64,000 bases of DNA from positions 48,546,001-48,610,000 of the forward strand of contig NC_042997.1 in NCBI RefSeq assembly GCF_006345805.1, in the 5' to 3' direction. The notes beneath the pieces were generated by a model. It was not told where the DNA came from and ran no database searches. It was given only the letters and a program-made list of their open reading frames with translations. The translations under genes and the position numbers were made by a program. Shown here piece after piece: positions 39,517 through 52,980 of this stretch (the stretch's first letter is position 1; each line of letters starts with the position of its first letter). This DNA is from Octopus sinensis (Eukaryota).

Positions 39517-42503
39517 CATCAATGCACAAAAATGGAAGGTCCAATCATTGAAGACTGGGTTGGTAACCATTCACACCACATCCCTTTCTTCATTCTCACT
39601 GAGACCCACCTTGACAACTCCCACTTGGAAGCCGAAGTGAGAGTGAAGAATTTCACAACCATCCGCGCGGATCGTATCGGCAGGAGGAAGGGTGGAACTG
39701 CCATTTTCCTGCATGATTCATTTACGGCAGATGGAAATAGTATATTCTCCAACGGCTACTGTGAATCAGTCACCGTGCACAACAAAGCCAATGACCTGAC
39801 AGTAATTGGGCTCTATAGGCCGCCCCAAACACCCATAGTGTGCTTTAAAGAATGCCTCAACAGCATTAAGTGCTTTATTCAACAGTGCCATTCTAGCAAC
39901 ATACTCATGATGGGAGACTTCAATCTACCCTGTGTTGACTGGACTACAAACTGTTTGAAACCAAGCACTCCCGCCTCAACCGCTGACAAAGAAGCAGCAG
40001 AGTCCTTTTCGACTTTACGAATGAGTTTTTTTCTGTCCCAACTTGTCCTTGCACCAACAAGACATCAGAACATTTTGGACCTAGTGTTTAGTAACCACAC
40101 TAACACTATACATAACGTTACAGTGGAAAAAACCCTTCTTTCAGACCATGACATGGTTCTCTGTACATGAAATTCCACCAGCCGAAAGCTAATCCTAGTG
40201 ACCTTCCTCCAGCCCACCCATTTGACAACATGGATCTCCATAAAGCCAACTGGGATGCAATCAGGAACGAGCTATCAAATGTTGACTGGTCCTTTACACA
40301 TACACACATCTCCACCAACCATAAAACATCTTGGCAGATCTTTGTAGACACCGTCACAGACATATGTGCAAAACACTCCCCACCAAGACCTGTGAACAAA
40401 AAGTGCAGAATCCCCCAAAACAGAAAAACCATTATCAGAAAAATAAAAAGAACAAACAAAAAAATAACAAACTAAAGTACTGCCAACAGCAACACCCACA
40501 TTCGACGGCTATCGCACTGCTTGAATCCAAAAATATAACCTCCAACAATGCATGAAGACCCTCATCAATAACCAAAGATCAGCTGAGGAGAAGTGGGCCA
40601 TTGAAAAAATCAAACTCAACCCCAAAGTGTTCTTTTCATTTGCGAGGAAACGCAGGGTCACTGTCTCCACTGTAGGCCCTCTAATTGACGAAACTGGCAC
40701 TCTCCAAGATAATGCCAAATCCATGGCCGAGATACTGCAGAAACAATACTGCTCTGTTTTCAGCAATCCTGATATGGCCGATCTGGGCTGTATCAGTGAT
40801 GTCAACCCCCAACACACTATATCGGACATAACGTTTAGTGCCCCTGATGTCTTAGCGGCGATAAACGAAATAAAACACAATCAGCAGTAGGCCCCGATAG
40901 GTTCCCTGCTTGTGTCCTGAAGGTGTGTCGACACCAACTTGCATCTCCCCTTGCTAATCTGTGAGAAAAACTCACTGGATGCTGGCTATATTCCAAAAAA
41001 CCTTCTGTCCCAGTCTGTTGTCCCAGTTTTTCAAAAAGGGAAACAAGTCCCTTGCAGTGAATTACCGTCCGATCTCACTCACCTCTCAATATCATCAAGG
41101 TATTTGAGAGGGTGGTGAGATCTCGAATAACCCATTTCTGGAAAGCAACAGACGGCTGATCTCCAACCAACATGGGTTCCGTAATGGAAGGGACTGCCTA
41201 ACGCAGCTCCTGCATCACTTTGAGGACATTTTGAGAGCTTTGGGAGAGGGCTCCAACCGATGTCATCTACCTTGATTTCAGTAAGGCCTTCGACAGGGTC
41301 GATCACAAGATCCTATTGAAAAAACTATCCAACATTGGTGTCTCTGGAAAGTTACTGAAATGATTAAGTGTTTCCTGACAGACAGATCTCACATGTTGTA
41401 GTTGAAGGGGTAAAATCAAGCCCAGCCAAAGTCAGTAGTGGCGTTCCGCAAGGCACTGTGCTGGGCCCACTTCTTTTCATCATTTACATTAATGACATTA
41501 ATGCATCATCAAGCACAGCAACATAAAAATCTTTGCAGATGACTCCAAGCTACAGAAGGTCATAAATGAGGCGAGTGACCGGACATGCCTTCAGTCAGAT
41601 CTACTGGCTGTTATCCAATGGGCAGAAAAAAACAATATGCTGCTGAACGAGGATAATTTGAGCTAATCCACTTTGGAAAAGAGGATGCCCTGAAACTCCC
41701 ATACTCCCTTCCTTCAGGTGAAACTCTCGCGGCGTCAACAACATCAGAGACTTGGGAGTAATTGTGGACAACAACGTAAGCTGGGCCACTCATATAAACA
41801 CCAAGTTGACATGGCCCGCAGAATGTGTTCCTGGATTCTCAGAACTTTCCAGTCGAGAGATATCCACACCATTATCCTTCTCTTCTCCACTTTTGCCCGA
41901 CCCCACCTTGAATACTGTTGTCCACTGTGGTCTCCCCACACAATACAAGGTATCATAAAAGTTGAAGCACCTCAAATGGCATCACAAAAAAGATAGATGG
42001 CATGACAGGCCTCGACTATTGGGGTCGACTAGAAAAGCTAAAACTCTATTCTCTCCAACGTCATCGTGAGCGCTACATCATCTGCATGATGTGGAAAATA
42101 TTCCATCAGCATTGCCCAAATGATGTTGGCATCACCTTTAAGGTACATCCAAGGCTTGGGCCCCGTGCCATCCGCCCAAAACAAAAATCGCACTCTCATC
42201 TCATAACAACAATACGGCACAATTATTTCACCTCAATTGGCCCCGCTCTCTTTAACATTACACCAAAACACATTAAAACAGAAACTGACCCTATAGGGTT
42301 CAAGAAGTCTTTGGACAGATTCCTTCAAGAAATCCCGGATAAACCCCCTACACCCGGATATGTCTCTGTAAACAATAACTCTCTACTTGAGTGGGCCATA
42401 GTGCCCAAATTCTGACTTGAAAGACTTCACCAGGTGGTGCTATTAAGTTAGACATGGCCTGGGCCAATAATGGCCGAAACTTATCAAAGTATCAAGTATC
42501 AAA

Positions 42504-42504
<1 letters not shown>
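39516..42504 (+). mobile_element. APE-RT LINE of the CR1/L2 group, near-complete ORF2, 5'-truncated and frameshifted, inserted in (TA)n
   Basis: APE motifs ILTETHL, YRPP, MGDFNLP, NILDLVF, SDHDMV; RT motifs [45 protein letters not shown]; C-terminal PDKPPTPGY; TATCAA(A)G tail 42482-42504. Confidence 0.92.
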
Positions 42505-42554
<50 letters not shown>

Positions 42555-42849
42555 CATACATGCATATATATATATATATTAGAAGATTTCGAGGTAATGT
42601 AAAGGTATTATATATTAGAAAATATAAGGTACTCAGAAATCTGGATGGTTGTATATTTACAGATTTTTATTAATATGCCGCATGTTTTTCTTATAAATCA
42701 TATATTAGCGCTTGCATCTACTCTAGTAGATTCTTCATATTTGAACATTTTTAGGAGATCTTTATAGTATCATTGAGTATGTAGGGTTAGAGAGAGATGT
42801 AGGATAGTAAAAGAGTGTGAGGAATGGGGAGAAAGTGATAGTGAGTGTG

Positions 42850-42899
<50 letters not shown>

Positions 42900-43250
42900 G
42901 AGAGAGAAATAAAATAATCAGAAATAATCAGAATAAAAACAAATATGTTCAAGCATATATTTTTATAGATATAGTTTGACAAATAAATTTATTTGGAATA
43001 TAAAATATATAGAAAACTAAGTGGGGAATGCATGATTTGTAACTTAACAGCTATTCCAGTTAGCTCGGAATTTCGTAATAGTTGTAATGTTCATGGTTAG
43101 GTTATGGAGTGATCAAAATTTCAGAGAATCCTCCTTTCCCGATGAAGGTTGATGGAGGCTGTCGGTATAACGCTAATGTTTCTATGCATATATATATGGG
43201 TTGCATATTCATGATATCTTGCTCACTTATCTGTGTGACTATTTCCCCAC

Positions 43251-43310
<60 letters not shown>

Positions 43311-43829
43311 ACAAATATGTACACTTATTAACACACAGAAAAGTGGAAGGTGATATTAGTTTCATCTTTCAATTATAGCACATTACCAGTCGTATATTCC
43401 TTGAAGCTGGCGCTATTATACGGTGCAAATTATTAGCCTGTAGTAGAAAATCTTCTTAAGTATCTGGCTACGACCCTTTAAATAACGTATTCGCAGCCTG
43501 TCGAAATGAATTTTGTATTCTGCACTATAGGCTCAATAATCTGAATTTCCATTGGAACATTGAACAAATTGATTCCAAGGAATGAATTTGTTCAGTGTAA
43601 TAGACTGCTTCGTCCCCAATACACTTGTGTTGTGCCTATGTTACAAATCATTATTAGTAACGCTACTTATTTTACAGATCTAGTAGTGATGAATAACATT
43701 ATCAAACTGGTCGGAAATATAATACAGAATATAAAAGATTATTTATGAACACTGCAATACTTCCGCCATCCTTTGCATTTAACTGCTTGGTGCTTCAGTT
43801 GTTGTGCTGAAATATATACACAGACATGA

Positions 43830-44690
43830 CAGATGTAAACAGACACCCCATGAAATATTGCTTCATGTTTATCCTAACTTGTAAATATGTATACCTTTTT
43901 TTAAATTGACAGTTTTAGATTTCAGGTTCTATATGTGACTGCTTAATCATGCCATGTACAAAAGAAGCCTTGGAACTGTCTGAATTTGAAAGAGACCGTG
44001 TTGGGGCTCATTCTGAAGGGGGACATAGCATAAAATTATAGAAAACCTTGGGATTCCGCTTTCTACAGTTAATAGAGTGATTATGCAATTTACCATAAAG
44101 GGAAAGGAGTCCACATCACCTCACGCAGATCAAACACGGCCCTCTGACAGGACATTTCTCTTTACTAAGAGAAGTGTGGAGGATAATCGTCGTTGAAAGG
44201 CATCTGACATAGCAGAACAAGTTGATGTCAGTCCCAGAACGGCTGGTTACTATTTCAAAGCAACAAGAAAGAAGCCACTTCTTCGACCAGCCAGCATCAA
44301 GCAGAGAAGAGATTGGGCCAGTGAGATGGTGGAGAGGCCTCTAGTATTTTGGGACATTGTCATATCTCTGATGAGTCCAGATTTGCAGTATTTTCTGACA
44401 GTGGTCAAGCTTGGGTCTGGAGACTCTGTGATAAAAAAAATTAATGTGATAAGATTGCAGCTAACAATGAAATATGGCAGCTATTCTGTGACGGTCTGGG
44501 TAGCAATGTGGAGCAATAGTTGATCAGAGATGGTGGAATGTGTGAGAAACATAAACTCAGATAAATTTGTATCCATATCGCAGAAAGAACTCTTTCCAAT
44601 CTTCTCCAGTGGTGAAATGATTAAACGAGACTATTTCTTTATGGGAGATGGCTTATCACGTGGCTAAAATGACAAAACATTCGGCCCCAC
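43830..44690 (+). mobile_element. Tc1-like transposon relic
   Basis: ELSEFER...[13 protein letters not shown] paired-like domain, SDESRF at 44367, MKYG..SV.VW, FMGDG..HVAKMTK. Confidence 0.85.
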
Positions 44691-45659
44691 TTACACCAGC
44701 ATTACACACTGCAGTACAAGTAGATTCTGAGATGTCTTATACTTCAACATAATATGCTACATAGCTGATCGATACCACGAGAAACATCTAATCGGTGGCA
44801 TTTCAATGGGTCTGCCTATCATTTAACTATATCCAACTATCCAATGTTTTTCCATCATGCTACCAAAAGAGTAGGCAAAACAACGGATTATATTTTTTCC
44901 CTTTACAATATATCACAAGAGCTTAAGCCCAAGTTTTCTAGTATCTGTTTGTGAAAGTTCTCATGTATTATTGTATCTATGTAAGTGGAAAGGTGTAATG
45001 CTGTTTTCCTGATGTATATATATTCCTGTGTAGGAAAATGCATACAAAGATGTCTGCGTACGAGCATTTATGTTACTTAATTAAATATGTATGTTATATG
45101 AATATGTTCTTGAATATATATGCCACATGACTTTTCATATATAAAAAGGGATTTATGACGATACATACATAGCTATATGTGCGTATGTTTCTATGTTTGT
45201 CTTTGTGTGTGCGTGTGCGAGTTTAATTAAGATGTACTCTACGATAAAGTTTCCGGTTTTGCGCCCACATTTCGAAGACTACTTTGCTAATAACAAACGA
45301 AATTTAGAAAACTATCACCAATAAAAGAAATATTTGTCACGGTAACCAACAACTCTTTCCACTAGTTTCAGTCATATCCATCACACACATACACACGCAC
45401 ATACACACTCACACGCACACACGCGCACATACACACGCGCACATACACACCCGCAAACACACAAATATGTATGTATACATATGCATACATATATATACTT
45501 TTATATCAGTGGGGTATATATCTGCATATAATATATGAGTGTATGTATGTACATATATATGTATTCGCAAACATACACACATTTATGTATGTATATAAAT
45601 CTGTGTATATGCATGTATTTATGGATGTATGGATGGATAGATTAATAGATATATATATA

Positions 45660-45786
<127 letters not shown>

Positions 45787-46092
45787 TTCACTGATTTACC
45801 TCATGAAATTCCATTTACGCTTGCTAAGTTGTGCTTGTGAAGTATGAAACTAACACTAATACGTAGGCATGTCTCGTTTCCGACCGACAGCCAGGGGCTG
45901 TTAATACTAAAACGCTGGTGATAAACATCTTCGTACTTTCAGTTCTTGATTTCGATTGAGGTCAAAAACTTGCCTATTATTCAGACGAGGAAAATGATAT
46001 TTGTGAAAACCACAACACACAACCTAAGAATGCTATCTTTCTTACATACTTGCGCTCAATAAAATACCTGAAAATATCCTTTCTACTATAGA

Positions 46093-46285
46093 GACAAGGC
46101 TAGCAATTTTGGGGGAGAGGGCCAGCCGATTACATCGACCCCAGTTCTCAACTGGTACTTAATTTATCGACACCGAAAGGATGAAAGGCAAAGGAAACCT
46201 CGGCAGGATTTGAACTCAGAAGTAAATGACAGACGAAATGCCGCGTAGCATCTAGCCTGGGGTGTTAGCGATTCTGCCAGCTTGC
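46093..46285 (-). mobile_element. tRNA-derived SINE, family A
   Basis: Collinear with the 33695 and 36567 copies. Confidence 0.8.
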
Positions 46286-46387
46286 ATAAGTATTTATATA
46301 GGCAGACATACACATATTACAGGTGGAGAGAGAGAAAGAGAAAAAAAAGAGAGAGAATAGGAGAAAAAGAGGAGAGAGTGAGAGAGT

Positions 46388-46457
46388 GGGGCGGCTCTAG
46401 CGTTCGTTAACTACTCATTTTCCGCTGTGTAGGCTGGGATAAAGTGAAATGGTGAGT
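46388..46457 (+). promoter_or_regulatory. Candidate promoter and first exon ending in ATG
   Basis: GGGGCGG GC box 46388-46394, Inr-like TCATTTT 46415-46421, GAAATG with purine at -3 directly followed by consensus donor GTGAGT at 46452; motif coincidence only. Confidence 0.3.
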
Positions 46458-46474
46458 TTTGCTCAAAGACACAC

Positions 46475-46514
<40 letters not shown>

Positions 46515-46773
46515 GTATATATAAATATATATACGTATGCATATGAATATAAACATACGTATCTGTGTGCTGTGTGTGAAGGATATGACAGAATTCAGTG
46601 GAAAGAGTGGCTGTTTACCTTACCAAATGTCGCCCCATTAGGATATGGAAACTACGACTTTATAATCGTTAATCCAGCATTTATTTATGCATATTTAAAT
46701 TATGTATGTTTATATGTACTCATGTATATATATGATTGTGTTTGTAAGTATGCGTATGTGTAAGAAATAGATC

Positions 46774-46819
<46 letters not shown>

Positions 46820-46883
46820 TAATTTGATAGCAGACATATTTGTGTCTGTCTGGTGTGAATACAGTGTGAACATATACACATAT

Positions 46884-46915
<32 letters not shown>

Positions 46916-46955
46916 CGTATGTATGTATATATATATAATATATATATATATATAT

Positions 46956-46987
<32 letters not shown>

Positions 46988-47202
46988 GTTTTATTCGGGT
47001 TAGTTGATCAGATGCGCCTGAACCACAGCACGTGACTGGTACTTTAATTCAGCAAATCCGAATTGAAGGAAGTGTAACTGACCTCTCGGGTATTTGAACT
47101 TTGCACGCATAGAGACAGAAGTAATAAAATATTTTGCTCAATGTGCAACCCGGTCTGATCGTTCGCCGTTTTAATTTAGATAACAACCGCAACAATAACT
47201 AC

Positions 47203-47245
<43 letters not shown>

Positions 47246-47261
47246 TAATAATAATAATGAT

Positions 47262-47620
47262 AATTTCATTTATTTGCAACAAGTGCGAAGAATGTAGGGG
47301 ACAATACAGAGACAGACATAAAAAGGTGGGGGTTAACATATAATACTGAAATGGTAAAAAAATGTATACTCAGTATACACGGGAAAAGAAGGGACACATG
47401 CAGAGCAAACGAAAGTAAAAATAAAAAGAGGTGGGGATGATGATAGAGATATGGCCCTCTTGATACAGGAATGCCTCTAGGGATAATCGAGGAACCCTAC
47501 TGTCCCTGAAACCTTATGAGCAAGTGCCTTCTTCAATTCTTTGTCTCCGACTCACAGGTCTACACTTACACAGGTACCGTCCACTCTTGCCCTTTTCACA
47601 ACTTTCACCCACTTTTCAAT
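47262..47620 (-). mobile_element. Probable L1/Tx1-like LINE 3' end
   Basis: Minus-strand ...EKWVKVVKRARVDGTCVSVDL* then pyrimidine-rich UTR, AATAAA and (TTA)n. Confidence 0.4.
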
Positions 47621-47621
47621 A

Positions 47622-47731
47622 AGGCAACGAGTTGGTAGAAACGTTAGCACGCCGGGCGAAATGCTTAGCGGTATTTCGTCTGTCTTTATGATCTGAGTTC
47701 AAATTCCACCGAGGTCGATTTTGCCTTTCAT
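47622..47731 (+). mobile_element. SINE family A, 5' half only
   Basis: TGGTAGAAACG A-box-like and GAGTTCAAATTCC B-box; stops at gcctttcat. Confidence 0.8.
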
Positions 47732-48390
47732 AACTCATATTGCCTTTGGCTGCCCAGTCCTGGCTAAGTAGGAATATATTCACAGACATGAGTTGGGACC
47801 TATATATATACTGGAAGCTATGCCAACGCTATGAAATAGCGACAGATAAAAGTTGGTATAGACACAACCCCAAAAAAGGTCACAGAGAAGTAGAAAGCAA
47901 CCATACTCTGGGACATTAAAGGAAACTATTTCTTTATGGGAGATGGCTTATCAGATAGAGAAATCAAGGCCAGTAGGCTACATATAATTGTCAGAGATTA
48001 TCATGAATAAAAATGCTTTCTAATCGATGGATCAATACCAACAGATAACAACGTTTTTGAAAAAGAAACGGAGAAACTTTCTAAATACAAAGATCTGGAA
48101 ATAGAGTTAACTCGAATGTAGAACCTAAAAGCATAAACAATTCCTACCATAGTAGGCGCGTTAGGCATGATAGAAAAACATTCAGACAAATACATTACAA
48201 AAACACAATGCCTTACAAATATGTATAGCATGCAGAAAATAGCACTACTGGGCACTTCACACATCCTACGTAAAACGCTTTTAATACAGTGAAAATAAGA
48301 GCACCACAACAAACCACAGCACATATCTATGGCACGCAGAGCGACGGTGGTTAGTGCAGTGAAAGCATGTAATAAAAATAAGACTACTAA
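47732..48390 (+). mobile_element. RLE-type non-LTR retrotransposon 3' fragment (R4/Dong-like)
   Basis: GCPVLAK.EY..RH zinc-knuckle tail, ILWD, DREIKAS, KETEKLSKYKDLEIE, IVGALG, QKIALLGTSHILRK; followed by (ATG)n. Confidence 0.8.
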
Positions 48391-48459
48391 ATGATGATGA
48401 TGATGATGATGATGATTTGCCCTGACGCAATTCTAGGCAGTGATTTACCCTGATACAAT

Positions 48460-48975
48460 ATTAGGCAGTGGCTCTCATGGCTTCTGATCTTAACTGATTG
48501 GAAATGTTATCATGTACGTTTTGTCTCGTAAAAGATGGGCTACATTAAATATTCTGCTCAGTACTACAGATTTGCTTGTCAGTTGCTTGGCCTTAACCAT
48601 GCTCCTTAGTGGCTAACGATAAGTGCATCTCTGATCAAAAGCAGGGGTAATGAGAAAGCGTCATAGTCATATGTTGAAGGGAATTCTTTGAGGTTCGAAT
48701 GTTTCATCTTTGGAAACATGGGTATTGTGTTCTTCATCCTTAAACAACTCTTGTTCGGGAACCTTTTGTGCAGGATGGGCTACTCGACATCAAGTAAGTC
48801 CTAACTGGCCCCAATTTGCAAATTAATGCGTTGTTTATCTTCATATGAGTGCAGCATGTAACGCACATATTGTTGGGATGCTTGTGACTGGTGTACCCTT
48901 ATTTGACATATAGTTATGATGGACGTAGGCTTTGTATATTTGTACCCCTGTGTCGCTTTGATGGCATGCATTGCC
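48460..48975. repeat. Unclassified sequence resembling a high-copy retroelement non-coding region
   Basis: Higher-GC non-coding block resembling a repeat recalled from cephalopod genomes; no second copy in this window. Confidence 0.3.
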
Positions 48976-49175
48976 ATGATGATGCTTTCAAATTTAGAGG
49001 TGAGGGTGAGTCGATTACGTCGTTCCCAGAACTCAATAGGTATTTATTTCATGCACCCTTGAAAATAGAAATCCAAAGTCAACTTCGGCCATAACAATAA
49101 TAATAATAATAATAATAATCCGTTTTACCATAGACTCAGGGCTTGGAATTGTGTGGGAGGGGTGCAAACTGATTA

Positions 49176-49496
49176 AAGACTCCGCCGGTTACGACGACGA
49201 GGGTCCCAGCTGATACGATCAACGGAACAGCTTGCTCGTGAAATTAACGTGCAAATGGCTGAGCATTCCACAGACACGTGTACCCTTAACGTAGTTCTCG
49301 GGGATAATCAGCGTGACACAGAGTGACAAGGCTGACCCTTTGAAATACAAGTACAACTCATTTTTGCCAGCTGAGTGGACTGGAGCAACGTGAAATAAAG
49401 TGTCTTGCTCAAGGACACAACGCGTCGCCGGGAATCGAACTCACAACCATACGATCATGAGCCGAATGCCCTAACCACTAAGCCACGCGCCCTCAC
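49176..49496 (-). mobile_element. Young tRNA-derived SINE, family B, nested in an older family A SINE (~49130-49660)
   Basis: A-box TGGCTTAGTGG, B-box GAGTTCGATTCCC; perfect 12-bp TSD GCAAACTGATTA at 49164-49175 and 49497-49508. Confidence 0.92.
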
Positions 49497-50536
49497 GCAA
49501 ACTGATTACAGCCTTGCTCAACTGATACGTATTTCATGCACTACTGATAATTGAAAGGCAGAGTCGACCTCGGTAGAATTTGAACTCAGAATATGAAGAC
49601 GGACAGAATGCCGCTAAGCAGTTTACCCGACATGCTAACAATTCTTCTTGCTCGCTACCTTAATTCCTGTAACAATAGCAACAATAGCGGCAACAACTGC
49701 AGCAGCAGCGGCTGAAACTGCAACAGCAACCATAACAATAACAACAGCAACAACAACCACTATTACCACCACCGCTACCACCACCACCACCACCACCACC
49801 ATCACACCAAAAGCAAAATAGTAATAACAAGAAGATAGTACATCCTACAGCGCTCTTCAGGCTTTTGTTGAACAAACATTTTTTTAACAGTTACAAACAC
49901 TTCTTTCCGTGTTTATGTTCTTTTTGTTTTGTAAACTCAAATGTGACAAAATTCCTTCATTCATTCAATCTAATATTTCACCTATAGATTTTATCGTTAA
50001 TTATCGATAATATTTTGGCCCCTATTTCTATTGAATAAATACAACTGATAATTATCCATGACTTGTTTTTGTTAGAATTTTGTTGAACTTTGGTGCGGTA
50101 GCTTCTTATCAGGAAATATTTGGCACTTGCTGTTCTGCAATATTTGTTTATATTTTTCCTTTTGTTTCGTAGACACTTTTACAAAATTCTCTCGCTTTAT
50201 ATAATGAAATTACGAAGCTAAATCCTTTCAGGAGTAACCTCTTTTATCACTGCTTCATCTAAAATGTTTAAGATTACTAAACAATAGAATGTTGCACAAA
50301 ATGCATACAGAATCGCATTTTGTTACGTCTCAGTTCAGTAGTTAAATGTATCCCTCTGCATTTCCATCCTTATGTAATATATCAACGTAACGCAGTTACG
50401 ATACATCCCACTGTACTCCCAGCTCGCAAATAGCATTACTATTGTACGATTGTATAATATTGCAATACTGGCCATTCCTTCCTCCTCAAATTGTTAGCCT
50501 TTTGGAATTCCTCCTCTGTTCATGTATTTCCTGCAG

Positions 50537-50596
50537 CCTTCACCTGGCAACTCTTCAAAGCACCGTTACCTTCATCGACCTCACTATTCTCAGAAG
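50537..50596 (+). CDS. Weak candidate internal exon (60 nt)
   Basis: Long pyrimidine tract + CAG acceptor; donor AAG/GTACAC is weak; open in all three frames. Confidence 0.25.
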
Positions 50597-51219
50597 GTAC
50601 ACGAAGGCAAAAATGTCAAATCCTTTAGATTAAGTCAAGAAAAAAAAAAGAATATCATTATAATTTGTCCTAAAATTACCTTCAAAACAAATTTATTGAA
50701 ACAGTCTTTAATGAATATGACATAAAGTGAATATATCTAACGAAAATAGACAAAATCTTATATCATAGTGTCATAATTGTGGTCTTAACGTGAAGTTAAC
50801 TGAACAAACGATTTAAGTCGCATTACGATCGCCAAGACTTTACAAATTGATTTTACGGTATTTACTTGTCTTAACAAATATAATAGTATATAAGTAGCGA
50901 TAGTGTTCAATCCTCTCTAGGCACTGCGGAACATTTGACATAAAATTGTTACGCAATTTAAAATATATCACTCCAGCTACTACCAACAATATGGTATTTG
51001 ATGTTAGATAAGCTGACACCATCGCCGTGTACCAACGCGTAACTCGGCAACATGATACGTCAAATGTTCAGTTACCTTCACCTCGGCCTAAATTAATGTC
51101 AGGTAATTGACTATATAGATAGGAACAATATCTTTATTGCCTGTTTATTAGAAATTTATTCATTGTAGATGAAAATTAAAGTGAATAATATTCGGTATTT
51201 ATTTCAATTAAACCCTAGC

Positions 51220-51320
<101 letters not shown>

Positions 51321-51327
51321 ATATATA

Positions 51328-51376
51328 TGGCCTGGACCAATCTTTGGTCGAAACATATCTAAGTTTATCTAAGTTT
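51328..51376 (+). mobile_element. Extremely 5'-truncated LINE 3' end inside (TA)n
   Basis: ggcctg-GACC-aatcttt-GGTC-gaaac-atatctaagtttatctaag mirrors the LINE end at 42456-42504. Confidence 0.7.
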
Positions 51377-51389
51377 ATATATATATATA

Positions 51390-51579
51390 TAATTCAAACA
51401 ACGCGAGGACCCGGAACGAGTATAGTGTTATTGGACGCTCAGGAAAGGAAAGAAAGAAGGAGGATTTAACGTTCCGAGCGGAGTTCTTCGTCAGAAATAT
51501 AGAAAAAGGAATCGTCCAAAGAAGGGAAGCCGGAGAAAGGAACTCGCCAACGATACACACGCGGTCACATATTGAAACT

Positions 51580-51585
<6 letters not shown>
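51390..51585 (-). mobile_element. Short (TA)n-flanked Penelope pLTR-like piece with mutated hammerhead (51463-51498)
   Basis: Minus strand attt-CTGACGA-a-GAAC-tcc-GCTC-GGAA-C-GTT-aaat: box intact, GAAA mutated to GGAA, one stem II mismatch. Confidence 0.65.
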
Positions 51586-51613
<28 letters not shown>

Positions 51614-52231
51614 ATTTTCAATACACAAACACACACATATATATATTTATATATATATACTATACTATTCTATTACTATATATATATGGTAATAGAACAG
51701 TATAGCTTTCATATATGTGAACTGAAATAACATTAGAGAATAAGAATCGGGTTACAGAATCAATTAGCTTGGAGCTTATTTTACTCTTTAAAGTTCTCAA
51801 CATATAATCAAGGGTCATTCCTAACATCTCAAGGATACAAAGATCAATACAACAGAGGATGATTGGAAGTTAAAATTTTATAGCTCTAAACCAAGAGTGT
51901 ATAACCCTGTAATTATAAAGTAATTACAAGTTGCACTAGCATTTGTGTCGACTGGCCGTTTGCCAGGCGATGACAGAGACGTTTTACTGTTGGATCAACT
52001 ATTCATGTTCCCAATGAAAGATATTCGAAATTGATTTAAAGGTCGCATTTCACTCATATTAATAAATATCCTCTTGACATTTAAATATATTGTCTGACTT
52101 CAGTCATTTATTAATATGCCTGAGACTATAATACAAAGAAACCCCGATTTATTAAAAGAGATCTTTATTCCGATATTTATGAAATTGAAGGAAAATAATG
52201 TCTGTTGAGTAAGTGCAATATATATATTATA

Positions 52232-52461
52232 TATTTCTTTATTACCCACAAGGGGCTAAACACAGAGAGGACAAACAAGGACAGACAAAGGGATTAAGTC
52301 GATTACATCGACCCCAGTGCGTAACTGGTACTGAATTTATCAACCCCGAAAGGATGAGAGGCAAAGTCGACCTCGGCGGAATTTGAACTCAGAACGTAAC
52401 GGCAGACGAAATACCTATTTCTTTATTAGCCACAAGGGTCTAAACACAGAGGGGAAAACAA

Positions 52462-52463
<2 letters not shown>
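52232..52463 (-). mobile_element. Head-to-tail SINE family A variant, 184-bp period, 5' head truncated
   Basis: tatttctttatta(c/g)ccacaaggg at 52232 and 52416; B-box present, A-box region absent. Confidence 0.8.
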
Positions 52464-52506
<43 letters not shown>

Positions 52507-52980
52507 CCTACATATACAACATGGTTTATAATCATTCAAAAGAAAGTAAGAAATAGTGATATAGCATTTAATAAAATGTGGCTATCTGCAAAAATCAAAC
52601 ATAGTCCCTTACAGTTGTTTCAATTCAACCTAAAAGATTAAGCAGAAATTATTAGAATCATTATATAAGGCAAAATCTCTTCAGAGATGTAGAAAAAAAT
52701 ATACTGTTAGGTTTATCTTTTTTACCCTTCTGAAGAGATTTTGCTTTATATACTGATTTTAATGTTTGCTATTTAATCTTTTAGACTAAATCCAAACATC
52801 TGTAAGGGATTATGTTAGATTTTTTCAGATAAGTCTTTATTAAATGCTATATCTCTGCTTTCTTACTTTCTTTTAAATTATTATAAACTATGATTTATAT
52901 ATAAACTTATTGTTTTATGAATATTATTATTCGCAACAGACATTAGGTATTGAACCAGTAATTCATTGGATGATACCAAT

